Origin: a virus
Taxonomy: Duplodnaviria > Caudoviricetes
Length of the DNA: 64,000 bases
IMG/VR virus record: IMGVR_UViG_2828058034_000001
Location: 2,054-66,053 of that record
Direction: 5' to 3' (one strand)
Shown here: positions 27,601-36,832 of the stretch, one piece after another
Numbering within the stretch: the first letter of the stretch is position 1
How the letters are laid out: each line of letters opens with the position of its first letter
Made by a program: the position numbers and the translations under genes
Notes under the pieces: model-generated
Told to the model about the DNA's origin: nothing
What the model saw: the letters and a program-made list of their open reading frames with translations, nothing else
Database searches by the model: none

Positions 27601-28069
27601 CCACGTCAATTGCGTAGCTGACGCTGTAGCCCTCAATGTCGCCGTTTGTGGTGTTGGTCTTCTGCAGCGCTTGCACCGCAATGCGCACGCGGATCGCGGA
27701 CAGGTCTGGATTGGTGAAGCTACGCACGACGGGTTGATCGCCGCGCAGCTCTACATTCACCGAGTTCTCGTTCTCAACGCTCGGGAAACCTGCCAGGTGC
27801 TCCTGATCCTGGGTGCCCATCCGAGTTTCAAAGCGGACGCCTTGGAAATTGAACGATCCATCCTCTCCCTGTAGTGGCGTGCCATCCAGAAATACCGACC
27901 TCGCCCCGTTGATCAGCCCCTTGACCTCTCCCTCGCTCCATAGGTCGATGATTTTCGCGTACGCGATCGACTGCAAACTGTCAGGCGTCTCCACGGGAGT
28001 CCGCGCGGAGCTCGCCCCTTTCTTAGCTCCGTGCAGCACTGGGGCTAGGTCCTGAGCATCCCCACTCAT
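24605..28069 (-). CDS. Tail tip/host specificity protein J
   Basis: IIDLWSEGEVKGL, WTNNPAW, EPRFTCN, GCTSRAQAQR, FN3 region, QADRFAV. Confidence 0.95.
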   Translation of the reverse strand: MSGDAQDLAPVLHGAKKGASSARTPVETPDSLQSIAYAKIIDLWSEGEVKGLINGARSVFLDGTPLQGEDGSFNFQGVRFETRMGTQDQEHLAGFPSVENENSVNVELRGDQPVVRSFTNPDLSAIRVRIAVQALQKTNTTNGDIEGYSVSYAIDVATDGGAFNTVISNAFTGKTTTLYERSHRVDLPAGSQWQIRVRRLTPNANSAVIADTTLVQSMTEIIDAKLRYPNCALGALEVDASQFQAIPSRAYWGEWLIVSVPSNYDPDARTYTGIWDGSFKPAWTNNPAWVFYDMVTKDRYGLGHRIPAAWVNRWRLYQIAQYCDQMVSDGMGGQEPRFTCNMYLQTRQDAYKMLQDMAAVFRGITYYAAGQVLASADMPQDPVYTFNQTNVIEGRFVYSGSARKVRHTVALVSWNDPDDFGRAKVETVEYRPGIARYGIQQVEVAAMGCTSRAQAQRIGLHILYTENLETETVSFSVGLEGVVPQPGDIIEVADPKRAGRRNGGRIKAAGAHSVDLDVVPPGLSVGDTIRVLGSNGRSQGRTISGIAGSTVSVAVPWDSVPVATSVWAVSTAELALQMFRVLAVADGDGTENAITYQITALEHVPQKFAAIDDGARVELPPISIIPPGLQPPPTNVRLSSHSFVEQGIAQHVLTIAWDPAEKAIAYDVEWRRDDMAWVKAGRATTSNLEVRGIYAGQYLARVRAVNALNAVSMPAMSALTEITGKTEPPPSLASLTAAGIIFGIELSWSFPQGATDTERTEIWHSPANNLEAATKLGDFAYPQAKHSMLGLAAGARFFFWGRLVDRSGNIGPWYPLTNGVMGESSTDATAILAYLAGKIGLTELSQELRLPIESISDLVPLVWDEGATYSTGQTVVRGGIIWSWVPTEPGNEEPPGTKWQNVGNAIAEAGAIVGEVNSLKLQINDPESGLAAIGERTDGLVAQISNRHAGDRDWHAGDRNVFAGTRTWQTVIAEGDRAQARRIDTVEASIGDVSASVQQASQTVVDLNGRISATYTVKAQITSAGQIYMAGMGVGVEQQQDGSFQSQILMQADRFAVINVANNLVTSPFVIQGGQVFINQALIGNAWITNAMIGDTIQSNGVGANGQPRWKLDKNGTLSMNGANNGGFMTLNEQALRFWNAAGTVALFEAGELL

Positions 28070-28668
28070 TGCTGGTCCTCGGCGAAGATGCCTCCGCTGA
28101 TGACGGCCGACCCAATCCAGCAGCGGCCGTAAGCGAGAGGGACCGGGTTACCCTGGGCCTGGACATTCACAGGCCCGTTGAACGCATAGCTAGGTCGGTT
28201 GTCGGGGCTGTCCTGCGTCCCCAGCCCCTTCTGCGTTGGGGAAAGCATCTGCACCACGCCGCCGATGACCATCGCGATGCCAGCGTTGGTCAGGGGGACA
28301 CCCACCACTCCCAAGCCATAGGCGCTCAGCACCAATCCCGCGACTATCAGTACTGCGCCCACGATCGTCTGCAGCACACCTCCGCGCTTCGAACCCTGAA
28401 GCACCGGAGCGATGCGGATTGCATCATCGCCGGGCGGGTCGTGCAGCTGATCCTCGGACAGGTTGCGGCGGCCATTGAACACGGCGAACGTCAGGCCACG
28501 GTCCTTGGCGCCCATCAGGAACGCCTGGAAGCCGGGAAGCTGCACCGACAGTGCGCTGATCGCCTCGGCCGGCGATGCTACTGCCAGCCGAAACTCCTTG
28601 CCGAACTTGGCGCGCAGCACGCCGTACAGCCGAACGACACGCACCTTGGGCACTGCATGCATGCTCAT
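28066..28668 (-). CDS. Tail assembly protein I
   Basis: VRLYG.L..KFG, QGNPVPLAYG. Confidence 0.92.
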   Translation of the reverse strand: MSMHAVPKVRVVRLYGVLRAKFGKEFRLAVASPAEAISALSVQLPGFQAFLMGAKDRGLTFAVFNGRRNLSEDQLHDPPGDDAIRIAPVLQGSKRGGVLQTIVGAVLIVAGLVLSAYGLGVVGVPLTNAGIAMVIGGVVQMLSPTQKGLGTQDSPDNRPSYAFNGPVNVQAQGNPVPLAYGRCWIGSAVISGGIFAEDQQ

Positions 28669-29408
28669 GCAGCACCGCCGGCGGCGAGCTTGTGGCGCAC
28701 GACACGCACGGTGCGGTCTGCCCAGTACCCGCCGTAGGGCACGCGCGCGGACAAGCGGTCCGCGAGGTGGTGCAGCATCTGTCCCTCGCCCAGGTAGACG
28801 CCCGTATGGTTCGGCACCGGCGCACGGACCTGCATCACGATCATGTCGCCGCGCTGCGGATCGTCCTGAATCTCGAAGAAGCCCTCGGCCTGCAGCCGCT
28901 CCAGCGCGTAGAGGTCGCCACCGTTGTTCCACCAGTCGTCAGCGCGTTCGTACTGCGAAAGTTCGATGCCCAGCTCGCGCGAGTAAAAGTCGCGCACCAA
29001 CGTGTAGCAGTCGAGCACGCCGTGGGCGAACTGGCGCCCCACCAGCGGCGCGACGTATCCGCTCGGCTGGATGGTCTGCACCTCGCCGCACTCCGGCACG
29101 CCGTCGATCTGTCCAACACTGATGATGTGCCAGGTCAGACCACTGGCTTCGCACATCGCCTTGTCCGCATCCGAAGCATGCGCCGACGCGTTGGGATGGC
29201 TGTGCACCAGCGCCACAACCTGGCCGGCATCCTCCGCAGCGGCATAGTCCTCGGCCGGCAGGATGAAATGCTCGCTGGGCGTGTTAGCCGCATTGCGGCA
29301 CTGCCGGTAATGCTCCCCGACGTCCGAAAGCACAATCAGCCCGCAGCACTCGCGCGGGTATTCGGCCGCGGCGTGCGCCTGGATGGCCAGAAGCGTTGCG
29401 TGTTCCAT
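28665..29408 (-). CDS. Tail assembly protein K (JAB + NlpC/P60)
   Basis: YPRECCG, VHSHP, GVLDCY, NHTGVY, MLHH. Confidence 0.94.
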   Translation of the reverse strand: MEHATLLAIQAHAAAEYPRECCGLIVLSDVGEHYRQCRNAANTPSEHFILPAEDYAAAEDAGQVVALVHSHPNASAHASDADKAMCEASGLTWHIISVGQIDGVPECGEVQTIQPSGYVAPLVGRQFAHGVLDCYTLVRDFYSRELGIELSQYERADDWWNNGGDLYALERLQAEGFFEIQDDPQRGDMIVMQVRAPVPNHTGVYLGEGQMLHHLADRLSARVPYGGYWADRTVRVVRHKLAAGGAA

Positions 29409-29471
29409 ATGGTCGCCCATGAAAAAGGCCCGCACATGGCGGGCCTTGGTGTGATGGATGGAAGCCGCGCG

Positions 29472-30170
29472 CTACGTGCGCAACAGGCCTGCCGCCGGGA
29501 AGCCGCCGTAAGGCAGCGGGTTATTCGCGCCAAAGCGCAACTTGCAGGAGCGGACCTTGCCGCCGCAGACATCCAGAGACGGATCGTTCACCGGGTTGTC
29601 GTTGATGTCAGCGACAGGCGGGCCGTTGTACCCGCAGTACGGGCCGCGGTAGCCGCCGCGAATGATCCAGCTGCAGGTGTTGGCGATGATCTGGCGGCCG
29701 GGCAACTGCTCACCGTTGAGGTCCGCTGCGGTGGCCAGCTCGAACTCGACCACCTCGTGGTCTTCGCTGACCTTGCGCTCGATAAACCAGATCTCGTCTG
29801 GGAAATGCTCTTCGGGGTCAGCCGTTGGGTTCCCACCGGCGAAGTTCACCGGGTCAAGATATTTCGCCAGCGTCTGCCGACGAACAATGCGCGCGCCTAC
29901 CAGGTCGTCGAACAGCAGACACAGCGCTGTGATGGTTCCGTCGACGTTACCCACGCGCAGGCGCGGGTTCGGCGGCTGGTCGCTGGTGCGTTCGAAGCCG
30001 GTGGCCTCGACCGGCCAGAGGTCGTAAACCTGTCCCTGCCATACGATCGGGGTGCTCTGGAGGTGCGCATGGAACAGCAGCGAGTCGGCGCCGAGAGCGG
30101 TAGCATCAAGTTCAAATACCGTGACGCGCCCGCCCGGCTCCAGCGTCTGGATGTCGGCAAGGATGCTCAT
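29472..30170 (-). CDS. Minor tail protein L
   Basis: WPVEATGFE, YRGPYCGY, C..RFG...PYGGFP. Confidence 0.94.
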   Translation of the reverse strand: MSILADIQTLEPGGRVTVFELDATALGADSLLFHAHLQSTPIVWQGQVYDLWPVEATGFERTSDQPPNPRLRVGNVDGTITALCLLFDDLVGARIVRRQTLAKYLDPVNFAGGNPTADPEEHFPDEIWFIERKVSEDHEVVEFELATAADLNGEQLPGRQIIANTCSWIIRGGYRGPYCGYNGPPVADINDNPVNDPSLDVCGGKVRSCKLRFGANNPLPYGGFPAAGLLRT

Positions 30171-30643
30171 GAAGGCCAGCCGGCGGCCACGTCATAGGAT
30201 TGTAGGGACTCGAGCGATTCCAGGGCTTCGATGGCCTCGTGGTGAGCACGCTCAGCGCTGAAGCAGGCCTGCACATGCGCACTGATTGCCGCTGCAATGC
30301 CGCGGATCTCGGCGAGCGTCAGCGTCACCCAACCGCTATTCGCCTTGAAGTCGACCTGATCCACCGTGCCCAGATCGGCGGCGGCAAGCACCGTGCTGAT
30401 GCGGTTCTGGTCCTCCGTGGTGCTGCCGACCTGCACGCCACCGATCGTGACGCCGCCGGTCTCGCATTCCCAGCGTAACTGCGTGGCCCGCGCCTTCGCG
30501 GCCTGCTTCAGCCCTTCCAGAGTCCTGGGCGGACCGATCAGGTGCTCAGGGAACTCCAAGGAGAGCACCTCGCCTGCCTGCAGGTCCGATGCCTCGCTGA
30601 TCGCGCGGAAGCCTGCGCCATTGATTGCGTACATGCCTGTCAC
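30167..30643 (-). CDS. DUF4376-like tail fibre chaperone
   Basis: RWECETGGV, FKANSGWVTL, HVQACFSAE, YDVAAGW. Confidence 0.7.
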   Translation of the reverse strand: MTGMYAINGAGFRAISEASDLQAGEVLSLEFPEHLIGPPRTLEGLKQAAKARATQLRWECETGGVTIGGVQVGSTTEDQNRISTVLAAADLGTVDQVDFKANSGWVTLTLAEIRGIAAAISAHVQACFSAERAHHEAIEALESLESLQSYDVAAGWPS

Positions 30644-31422
30644 CTCTCGAATCGATAGCCGCGGCAGCGATGGAACGAGCTGTTCCCCGTTGCGTCATAT
30701 GCGTAGGTGTAATTTCGCGAAGCATCCAGCGGAAGCTCCGGATCGCCCGTCCCTGGTCCTACGACTGCCAGATACCCAGAAGGCGGAACAGGGCCCTCGC
30801 TATTGCTGAGCAGCACGTACGCACCGGAGGATCCGAAGTTAAGCAACGACAGAAGCACCGAAACCGCGGTGACTGGTGTCGCGTTAGCGGCGGAAACGGT
30901 CGTGGCCGTCGTGGCCGCCACAGCGCTGGCGAGTAAGAATGGCGCCGAATTGATAGACGCAACCCAGAAGACCAATCCAGCTTCAGCGTGGTGAGTGAAT
31001 CGTGTCACGTCGGTTCCGCCAACTCGAAAGCTGAATATGTAACGCCTCGAAGCGTCACCCGTCTTTGTGCGCGCCCGGCCGGAGTAGCGCGTGCTCGGCG
31101 CAGTTGTTGACACCTCGATCGAGCCGGCCGCCGTCAGATAAAGGTGCGCAAACGTGTTGGATGGCACCCCCGAAATGGGAACAGTGGTGTCCGTTGCCAG
31201 AGCAACGATCCGCTGAACGCTCGGAACGAAGGCCGCACCGGGGAGCACCCTCAATGTGGCCCCATTGACCCACTCAACGCCGAGGCCAGTTCGATAGGAA
31301 GTGAACTTTTCGCCGAAGAGCTCCAGCGTCATCTCGTTGACTTTTCCGAAAGCAGTAAAGGCGTCGTCGCCGATGCTGCCGTCCGGATTGACAGTCGTTT
31401 GATCGATTGCTTGGCGTGCCAT
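30640..31422 (-). CDS. Putative short side tail fibre/virion protein
   Basis: N-terminus RQAID...DGSIGDDAFTAFGKVNEMTLELF resembles fibre-attachment motif; beta-rich body. Confidence 0.55.
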   Translation of the reverse strand: MARQAIDQTTVNPDGSIGDDAFTAFGKVNEMTLELFGEKFTSYRTGLGVEWVNGATLRVLPGAAFVPSVQRIVALATDTTVPISGVPSNTFAHLYLTAAGSIEVSTTAPSTRYSGRARTKTGDASRRYIFSFRVGGTDVTRFTHHAEAGLVFWVASINSAPFLLASAVAATTATTVSAANATPVTAVSVLLSLLNFGSSGAYVLLSNSEGPVPPSGYLAVVGPGTGDPELPLDASRNYTYAYDATGNSSFHRCRGYRFER

Positions 31423-31431
31423 GCAGTGCCC

Positions 31432-31764
31432 TTACGGCTGAAATTGTTGTTCGAAGGTGGCCGACAGCGTGTAGTTGCCCCCGCCGTGAGCGACCGGGTT
31501 GTATGCGGTGCACTGGTAGTACCCCTGCACTGACAGCGGCGGTGTCCACAGGAAGGACCTGCCAGCGTGCGCATCGAGGAAGGCCGAGATCTGCTTGATC
31601 AGATCCTCCTTGCCGACGCGCGAAATGTTCCAGACCTGCCGCTTGGGATTGATTCCGTCGGGTGATGTTTGCCGATAGCCATCGCCGAACTGCGCAGCAC
31701 GCACCGCGAGCGTGACATTGCCGCTGGCCTCTGTGCGGACCGGCCAGGTGAAGACCTCAGCCAC
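31432..31764 (-). CDS. Minor (distal) tail protein M
   Basis: FTW, AQFGDGYRQ..DGIN, FLDAHAG.SFLWTPP; GTG at 31764. Confidence 0.92.
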   Translation of the reverse strand: MAEVFTWPVRTEASGNVTLAVRAAQFGDGYRQTSPDGINPKRQVWNISRVGKEDLIKQISAFLDAHAGRSFLWTPPLSVQGYYQCTAYNPVAHGGGNYTLSATFEQQFQP

Positions 31765-34030
31765 GGGCGCCACCTGGCGCGAAGAGCCCGCCCGGCCGCA
31801 TCTGCTGCTGCAGCACGCGCACAACCATGGGCTGGATCATTTGGTTGAGCGCGCGCAGCATGTCGCTCTGGTCGCCCTGCGTTTCGCCGCTGGCACTGCC
31901 GTCGCTGTTGATCACGTAGTTCGCGTTGAGTGTCAGCCCGCCGCCCATCCCTGTGGTGGCGTCCGTAACCGGCCGGCCCGCAGTGATCGGCACTACGCGG
32001 CCGCCCTGGTTGCCCGGGATCATGTAGGTGCGGCCGCCGGCCTCGTACATCTCCGGCCGGCCGCCTTCGCCCACTTCGTACAGCGCGCCAGCGGCGACCG
32101 GACCGCCGCCCGCGCGGCTTCCTGCAATCGCACCACCGATCGCCGCCACCCAGCTGTTCCCGGAGCTGGCGGCCATCGTGCCCAGGGCCTTCAGCAGTTG
32201 AGAAGATGCCAGGTCCGCCAGCATGCGCTGGATGGTCTTGGCGAACCCCTTGGCCATGCCGCCCAAGCCTTCCTCGAATGGGTCGAACAGGAAGTCGGAG
32301 AAAGCGCCTTGCGCGCTGCGTGCGGCCTCCAGGCTGAACTCTTTGATGACGTCGCTGCTCTCCTTGGTCTTGGCGATCATGCTGTCGTAGCTTTCGCCGT
32401 AGATGGCTGCGTAGTCATCCATCGCGTCCTTTGTCGCAGCGTAGCTCTCCAGGAGCCGGGCCTGCTCCTCGCTCAGCGCGCCGAACGCGCCTGCTCGGAT
32501 GTCGTAAGCAACCTTGGCGGCCTCGCCGATCTGCCCATGCAGCGCCAGCTCGCGCTCCAAGCTCGCGAGGTAACTGTTGACCTTCTCGTCGGTCGAACCG
32601 TATATCGCCGCAATGTCTTCGTTGACGTCCTTGATCTGGGCGAGCTGCAGCAGGCTTTCCGCCTGCCCACCGGTAATGCCCTTGAGTGAACCGCTCTGGA
32701 TCTCGTAAAGGACTTTTGCGTATTCGGTGTTCTGGCCGGTGAGCGCCAGTTGCTTGGCCAGCTCCGCCGACATCGCGGTGTAGGTCTTCTGAAGCTCGGC
32801 CGCAGCCTTGCCCGCCTCCTTATCGGTGTATTCGAAGGTTGCCGTCTTGGCGGGGCGCACCAGCGCTGAATCGTCCGGGAGCGCGCCGTTCTCCAGCAGC
32901 TTGACCTCTGGGCGATTGCGAGCCGTGATTTCGCGCTGAAGCCTCATACGCTCTGCAATCAGATCGTTGATCTGCTGCTGGCGCTTCAGCTCCTGCCCGT
33001 CGGTCAACGGAAGGCCGAAATTACCGGTAGTGCGGCTGCGCGCTCCATCAAGCCTTTCCTGCACCCTAGCCATTTGCGCGGTCAGTGCCCCCGTGCTGGC
33101 GTCACCGATCGCGCTCCCTGTGTCGAGACCACGCAGCTCCTTCACCCGTCCGATGTAATTGACCATCATGATGACGCCGTTCGCCATCTCGGCCGTCAGC
33201 CCGCCGACGAACTGCGTGATCGAAACGAATGCGGATTTGGTACTGTCCGAACCGAGAAAGGCGGTCAGCTCCTTGACCTGCGGCAACAGCTCCGCGCCCA
33301 CCTGATTCTTCAGGCCTTGGAAGGCCAGATCCATCTCGGCTGTCTGGGCGCGCAGCTCCTTGATGGACTTCGTGGTCTGCGCATCCAGCACGACGCCCAG
33401 GCGCTCAGCCTCGTCGCCCCACTTCCGGAAACCCTCGCCGTTCTTGGCCAGAAGCGGAGCCAGCAGCGTGGCGTCGCTGGCGATGGCCTCCAGGTAGAAG
33501 ATCATCCCGTCCTGCGAGACACCGGCCTTTTCCAGGGCGCTGTAGTACTTCTGCAGCGCCTCCGGGCCGCTGAGATTGCGGAACTCCTTCGCCGTCAGGC
33601 CGATCTTCGGAGCGATGTTGGTGAAGAAGTCCTGCAGCTCGCCGCCACCGCTCTGCAGGAACTCGCCGATCTTCTCCTGCGTGTCCTTGAAGATATCGGT
33701 CAGCTGATCCTGCGCCACACCCACTGTGCTTGCGCCGGCGGCAAGCCGCTGGAAGTTCTGCTCGGTGGTGCCAGAGATCCGGGCGAACTTCTCGACCTCG
33801 CCGGCGAGCAACGATAGCTCACGGGTCCAGTTGAGCATGGCGGTGCCAGCAACGGCCAGGCCGCCGACGACCGCCCCGCCGATCTTCGCGAAGCTCGATG
33901 CCACCAAGGCAGAGGTGGACCTGGAATCGTCGCCGACATTACGGATGGACCGGCGCGCACGGTCGGTATCGGTCTCGAAAGAGCCCGTCCGCATCAGCAG
34001 GTCGACGATGATTGAACCGGCAGTTGCCAT
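31757..34030 (-). CDS. Tape measure protein H
   Basis: AGSIIVDL start, long helical body, GGGRAGGGPV-like C-terminus with YEVGEGGRPE. Confidence 0.92.
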   Translation of the reverse strand: MATAGSIIVDLLMRTGSFETDTDRARRSIRNVGDDSRSTSALVASSFAKIGGAVVGGLAVAGTAMLNWTRELSLLAGEVEKFARISGTTEQNFQRLAAGASTVGVAQDQLTDIFKDTQEKIGEFLQSGGGELQDFFTNIAPKIGLTAKEFRNLSGPEALQKYYSALEKAGVSQDGMIFYLEAIASDATLLAPLLAKNGEGFRKWGDEAERLGVVLDAQTTKSIKELRAQTAEMDLAFQGLKNQVGAELLPQVKELTAFLGSDSTKSAFVSITQFVGGLTAEMANGVIMMVNYIGRVKELRGLDTGSAIGDASTGALTAQMARVQERLDGARSRTTGNFGLPLTDGQELKRQQQINDLIAERMRLQREITARNRPEVKLLENGALPDDSALVRPAKTATFEYTDKEAGKAAAELQKTYTAMSAELAKQLALTGQNTEYAKVLYEIQSGSLKGITGGQAESLLQLAQIKDVNEDIAAIYGSTDEKVNSYLASLERELALHGQIGEAAKVAYDIRAGAFGALSEEQARLLESYAATKDAMDDYAAIYGESYDSMIAKTKESSDVIKEFSLEAARSAQGAFSDFLFDPFEEGLGGMAKGFAKTIQRMLADLASSQLLKALGTMAASSGNSWVAAIGGAIAGSRAGGGPVAAGALYEVGEGGRPEMYEAGGRTYMIPGNQGGRVVPITAGRPVTDATTGMGGGLTLNANYVINSDGSASGETQGDQSDMLRALNQMIQPMVVRVLQQQMRPGGLFAPGGARG

Positions 34031-34042
34031 CAGGGATTCCTA

Positions 34043-34348
34043 TCAGCGGTCGAAGCCGAGCGCGCGCAACATGTCGCGGTCGGCATCGCTTAGCTCGGGG
34101 TCGGTTGGTTCTGGCGCCAGGGCAGAGAGCACCTGGTCGAACTTGCCGCCCATCGAGGCGGCGATGATCGCGGCCGGGCGGTGGTGCCGGTGAAGATCGT
34201 CAAAGGGATATAGCGAGTAGTAGGTGCGCCATCCGGATAGCTCTCGTTCCGGCATCGCGTCGATCTCGGCGAGCGTCTTCCCCAGCGCTAGAGCGAGGGT
34301 GTATCGGAACCACTCGCCGCTTCCTCGGTCGGCAAGCTCACGTTTCCC
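34043..34348 (-). CDS. Tail chaperone T (G-T frameshift extension)
   Basis: -1 frame after GGGAAAC: GKRELADRG..WFRYTLALALGKT..EIDAM. Confidence 0.8.
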   Translation of the reverse strand, partial: GKRELADRGSGEWFRYTLALALGKTLAEIDAMPERELSGWRTYYSLYPFDDLHRHHRPAAIIAASMGGKFDQVLSALAPEPTDPELSDADRDMLRALGFDR

Positions 34349-34677
34349 TGGTAACTGTGCACCCCGCTGATGGCAGCAGCGAAAGCGATCTGCACCGAGA
34401 ATTTCAGATTGCGGGCCTGTTCCAGCGTCAGCGCAGGCTTTCCGTCTTCCGTGCAGACCGCCTTGGCGATGATCCGCGCCATCGAGTCGGCCTGCTTCTC
34501 GGGGTCTTCGCTGGTCTGCCCTGACAGGAACGCGCGCACGACACCGGCCAGCTGCTCGCGGATATGGATGGTGTGCTCCTTGCCGTCTGCGAGCTTCACC
34601 TGGCGCGTGTGCACATCGGGCGAGACGAACAGCGAGGCATCGAATAGCGGCGGCGCGGTTTGGACGGGATTGGTCAT
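34288..34677 (-). CDS. Tail assembly chaperone G
   Basis: Between major tail and tape measure; slippery G GGA AAC in frame. Confidence 0.8.
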   Translation of the reverse strand: MTNPVQTAPPLFDASLFVSPDVHTRQVKLADGKEHTIHIREQLAGVVRAFLSGQTSEDPEKQADSMARIIAKAVCTEDGKPALTLEQARNLKFSVQIAFAAAISGVHSYQGNVSLPTEEAASGSDTPSL

Positions 34678-34732
34678 TGCGATATCCGTGGGTAGTTGTG
34701 GGCCGGCGCGGAGCCGGCGCCACAGGATGGAA

Positions 34733-35233
34733 TCAGGCCGCCAGCGGCTTGCCGTAGCGCGTAACGCCGCCGCTGCGCTGGACGATGACCGTGCCGCGCA
34801 CGATCTCGTTGGTGGCGATGTCGATGTTCACGTCGGCCACGTAGCCCTTGAACGCGAAGCCCGAGCGCGCGGTGGCCAGCGGCGGCACAAGCGCGTCGTC
34901 AACGCTCAGCGTGGGCGCGGCGGTGCCATCGCTCAGACCGATGTACCAATCCACCACCTTGCCGCTGTCCTTCAGCGCAAACAGCGCGTCGTGCGATGCG
35001 TTGCTCGGGATGTAGTTGAACGGCATCGACACCTGGCCGGGATTGCCCAGGCCGCGTTGGTAGGTCCGGTCCGTAGTCGCATCGAGGCAGGTGTCCTCGA
35101 TCTGGTCGGCAGCGCCGCCCAGACCTGACGCACCGGTGGGACATGCGAACTTGGTGATGGCCGGGCCGCCAGCGGCGTCCGGATCGACGAAAAACAGGTG
35201 CGTGCCCTGGGTCTTGACGACGCCCTCGGTCAT
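34733..35233 (-). CDS. Major tail (tube) protein
   Basis: KTQGTHL, IEDTCLD, GLGNPG, GFAFKGYV. Confidence 0.88.
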   Translation of the reverse strand: MTEGVVKTQGTHLFFVDPDAAGGPAITKFACPTGASGLGGAADQIEDTCLDATTDRTYQRGLGNPGQVSMPFNYIPSNASHDALFALKDSGKVVDWYIGLSDGTAAPTLSVDDALVPPLATARSGFAFKGYVADVNIDIATNEIVRGTVIVQRSGGVTRYGKPLAA

Positions 35234-35287
35234 GGCTGAATCCTCATGTGTGCCGCGCGAGGGCGGCTGTGTAGAAGCGACCAGGCG

Positions 35288-35641
35288 TCAGCGCTGGTCG
35301 ATGAAATCGGCCTCGAGGCCGATGCGGTAGAGCCTCGTTTCCGAGTCCCGGTTATTGATGACCACACGGTTGACGATAAGCAGTGCGTCGAGCGCGGCGC
35401 GCACGGCCAGGGCCAGCTCCTCAACGCCGGCATCGGCCGCGTGATAGCAGTCGATCTGCACGCTGGTGGCGTCACCGCGCGGCGCCTCGCTGAGCGTGTC
35501 GTACGGCAAGCCGGTGACTACCTGCCACACGATGTAGGGGCGATGCTCGTCCTGCGCCACTTCACCATGCCGGCCAATGCGGTCGTCAACGATGGCGGCC
35601 ACCGCCGGCGTGCGGATGGTGCGATAGACCTTGGGCAGCAT
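35288..35641 (-). CDS. Tail terminator (DUF3168-like)
   Basis: PYIVWQVVTG, VQIDCY. Confidence 0.82.
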   Translation of the reverse strand: MLPKVYRTIRTPAVAAIVDDRIGRHGEVAQDEHRPYIVWQVVTGLPYDTLSEAPRGDATSVQIDCYHAADAGVEELALAVRAALDALLIVNRVVINNRDSETRLYRIGLEADFIDQR

Positions 35642-36132
35642 CAGCGCGCCCCGCCTTGCTGCTGGGCAAGCTTCTGGGTTATCTGATCAAGGCGCTTCAG
35701 GAGATCCTTGGTCACCACATCGATCACCTGTGCCCCATGCTGCTGCACGGCTGGACGTAGCCAGGGCCGGGCCGGCTGCAAGGCGGACCCGTATTCCATC
35801 AGCTGAGCCGCGCGGCGCGCGCTCGTGTGCGAGCCCTTCGCATTGATGAAGGAGACGCGCTTGACCCGCACCAGATACCGCTCGCCCTTTGAATCGGTGG
35901 GGGCCTTGCCGCGGCTGGCGATCACCGCCTTCACGGTCGTTCCGGTGCTATCTGCACCTGCGTTCGTGATCTGGCGCTTGAGATTTTCCTTCGCGCGGTC
36001 GCGAAGCAGGCGCGCACCCTTGGCGAGTGCCAGCTTCACCGGTCCGCCACGCTTACTCACCACCTCAGCAGGTAACGACTGCAACACGCCCAGCACGCCG
36101 TCAACACCCTGGATGTTCAACTCGACGCGCAT
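35641..36132 (-). CDS. HK97 gp10-like tail completion protein
   Basis: LMEYGS...ARPWLRPA. Confidence 0.85.
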   Translation of the reverse strand: MRVELNIQGVDGVLGVLQSLPAEVVSKRGGPVKLALAKGARLLRDRAKENLKRQITNAGADSTGTTVKAVIASRGKAPTDSKGERYLVRVKRVSFINAKGSHTSARRAAQLMEYGSALQPARPWLRPAVQQHGAQVIDVVTKDLLKRLDQITQKLAQQQGGAR

Positions 36133-36134
36133 TC

Positions 36135-36494
36135 CTACTGTCCGTCATTGGTGCCGGTCGAAACCGGCAGCGTCAGATACTCCAGGCCACTCTCGCGATC
36201 GGCGAGTGCACCCTGGATGTTGTAGATCTCGGCATCGGCGCCGTTGCGCACTTGCACCGCGCGCATGCTGGCCAGAATGCCAGCGCGGTACCGGATGGTG
36301 ATGCGGGCAGTGATCTCGCCCTGCCCGGCGCCAGCGGCGATGAATTCCCGCGCGGACAGCGGCTCAATCGCGGCTGCCAAGGTGCCGACGTGGACCGGCT
36401 GCCAGGTTGTGGTCTGGACACCATCGTCGTCACGCGCGGTGACCTGTTTCTCAATGCGGACACGATGGCGCAGCTTTCCAGCAGCCAAGCTCAT
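36135..36494 (-). CDS. Head closure/head-tail adaptor
   Basis: AGKLRHRVRIE, AAIEPLSARE, ITIRYR. Confidence 0.9.
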   Translation of the reverse strand: MSLAAGKLRHRVRIEKQVTARDDDGVQTTTWQPVHVGTLAAAIEPLSAREFIAAGAGQGEITARITIRYRAGILASMRAVQVRNGADAEIYNIQGALADRESGLEYLTLPVSTGTNDGQ

Positions 36495-36829
36495 ACGCCT
36501 AGTCCGACCCTATGTGGCCAGAGCAAAGCGTGCGCGCCCATCGGTAGCTGGTTGACGGTCTCACTGGTCACAGCTTCCCGATTGCGGAACAGATGACCAG
36601 CAATCAAAAGCACAGCTGCAGTGATGGAGGGGTTGGTGACGATTGGGTCGTAACCGGCTGTTCCATCGAGAACGCCCGATGCCAGCGTATCCGCATCAGG
36701 ATAGACGCGCCGGTTGAGGAAATCCTGGGCGGCCTGCTCTGCGGCGTCAACGTAGACGGTCAGCAGCGAGTCGTCGGAACTGTCAGCCCGGCAGTGCTGC
36801 CGGGCCTGTTCGATACTTACTAGCTCCAT
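36491..36829 (-). CDS. Head-tail connector (HK97 gp6-like)
   Basis: ARQHCRAD..DD.LL, AVLLIAGHLFRNRE, LLWPHR. Confidence 0.9.
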   Translation of the reverse strand: MELVSIEQARQHCRADSSDDSLLTVYVDAAEQAAQDFLNRRVYPDADTLASGVLDGTAGYDPIVTNPSITAAVLLIAGHLFRNREAVTSETVNQLPMGAHALLWPHRVGLGV

Positions 36830-36832
36830 GGC

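Noticed and set aside
28575-30197. 540-aa plus-strand ORF
   Set aside because: Antisense to tail genes K and L; no motifs or RBS
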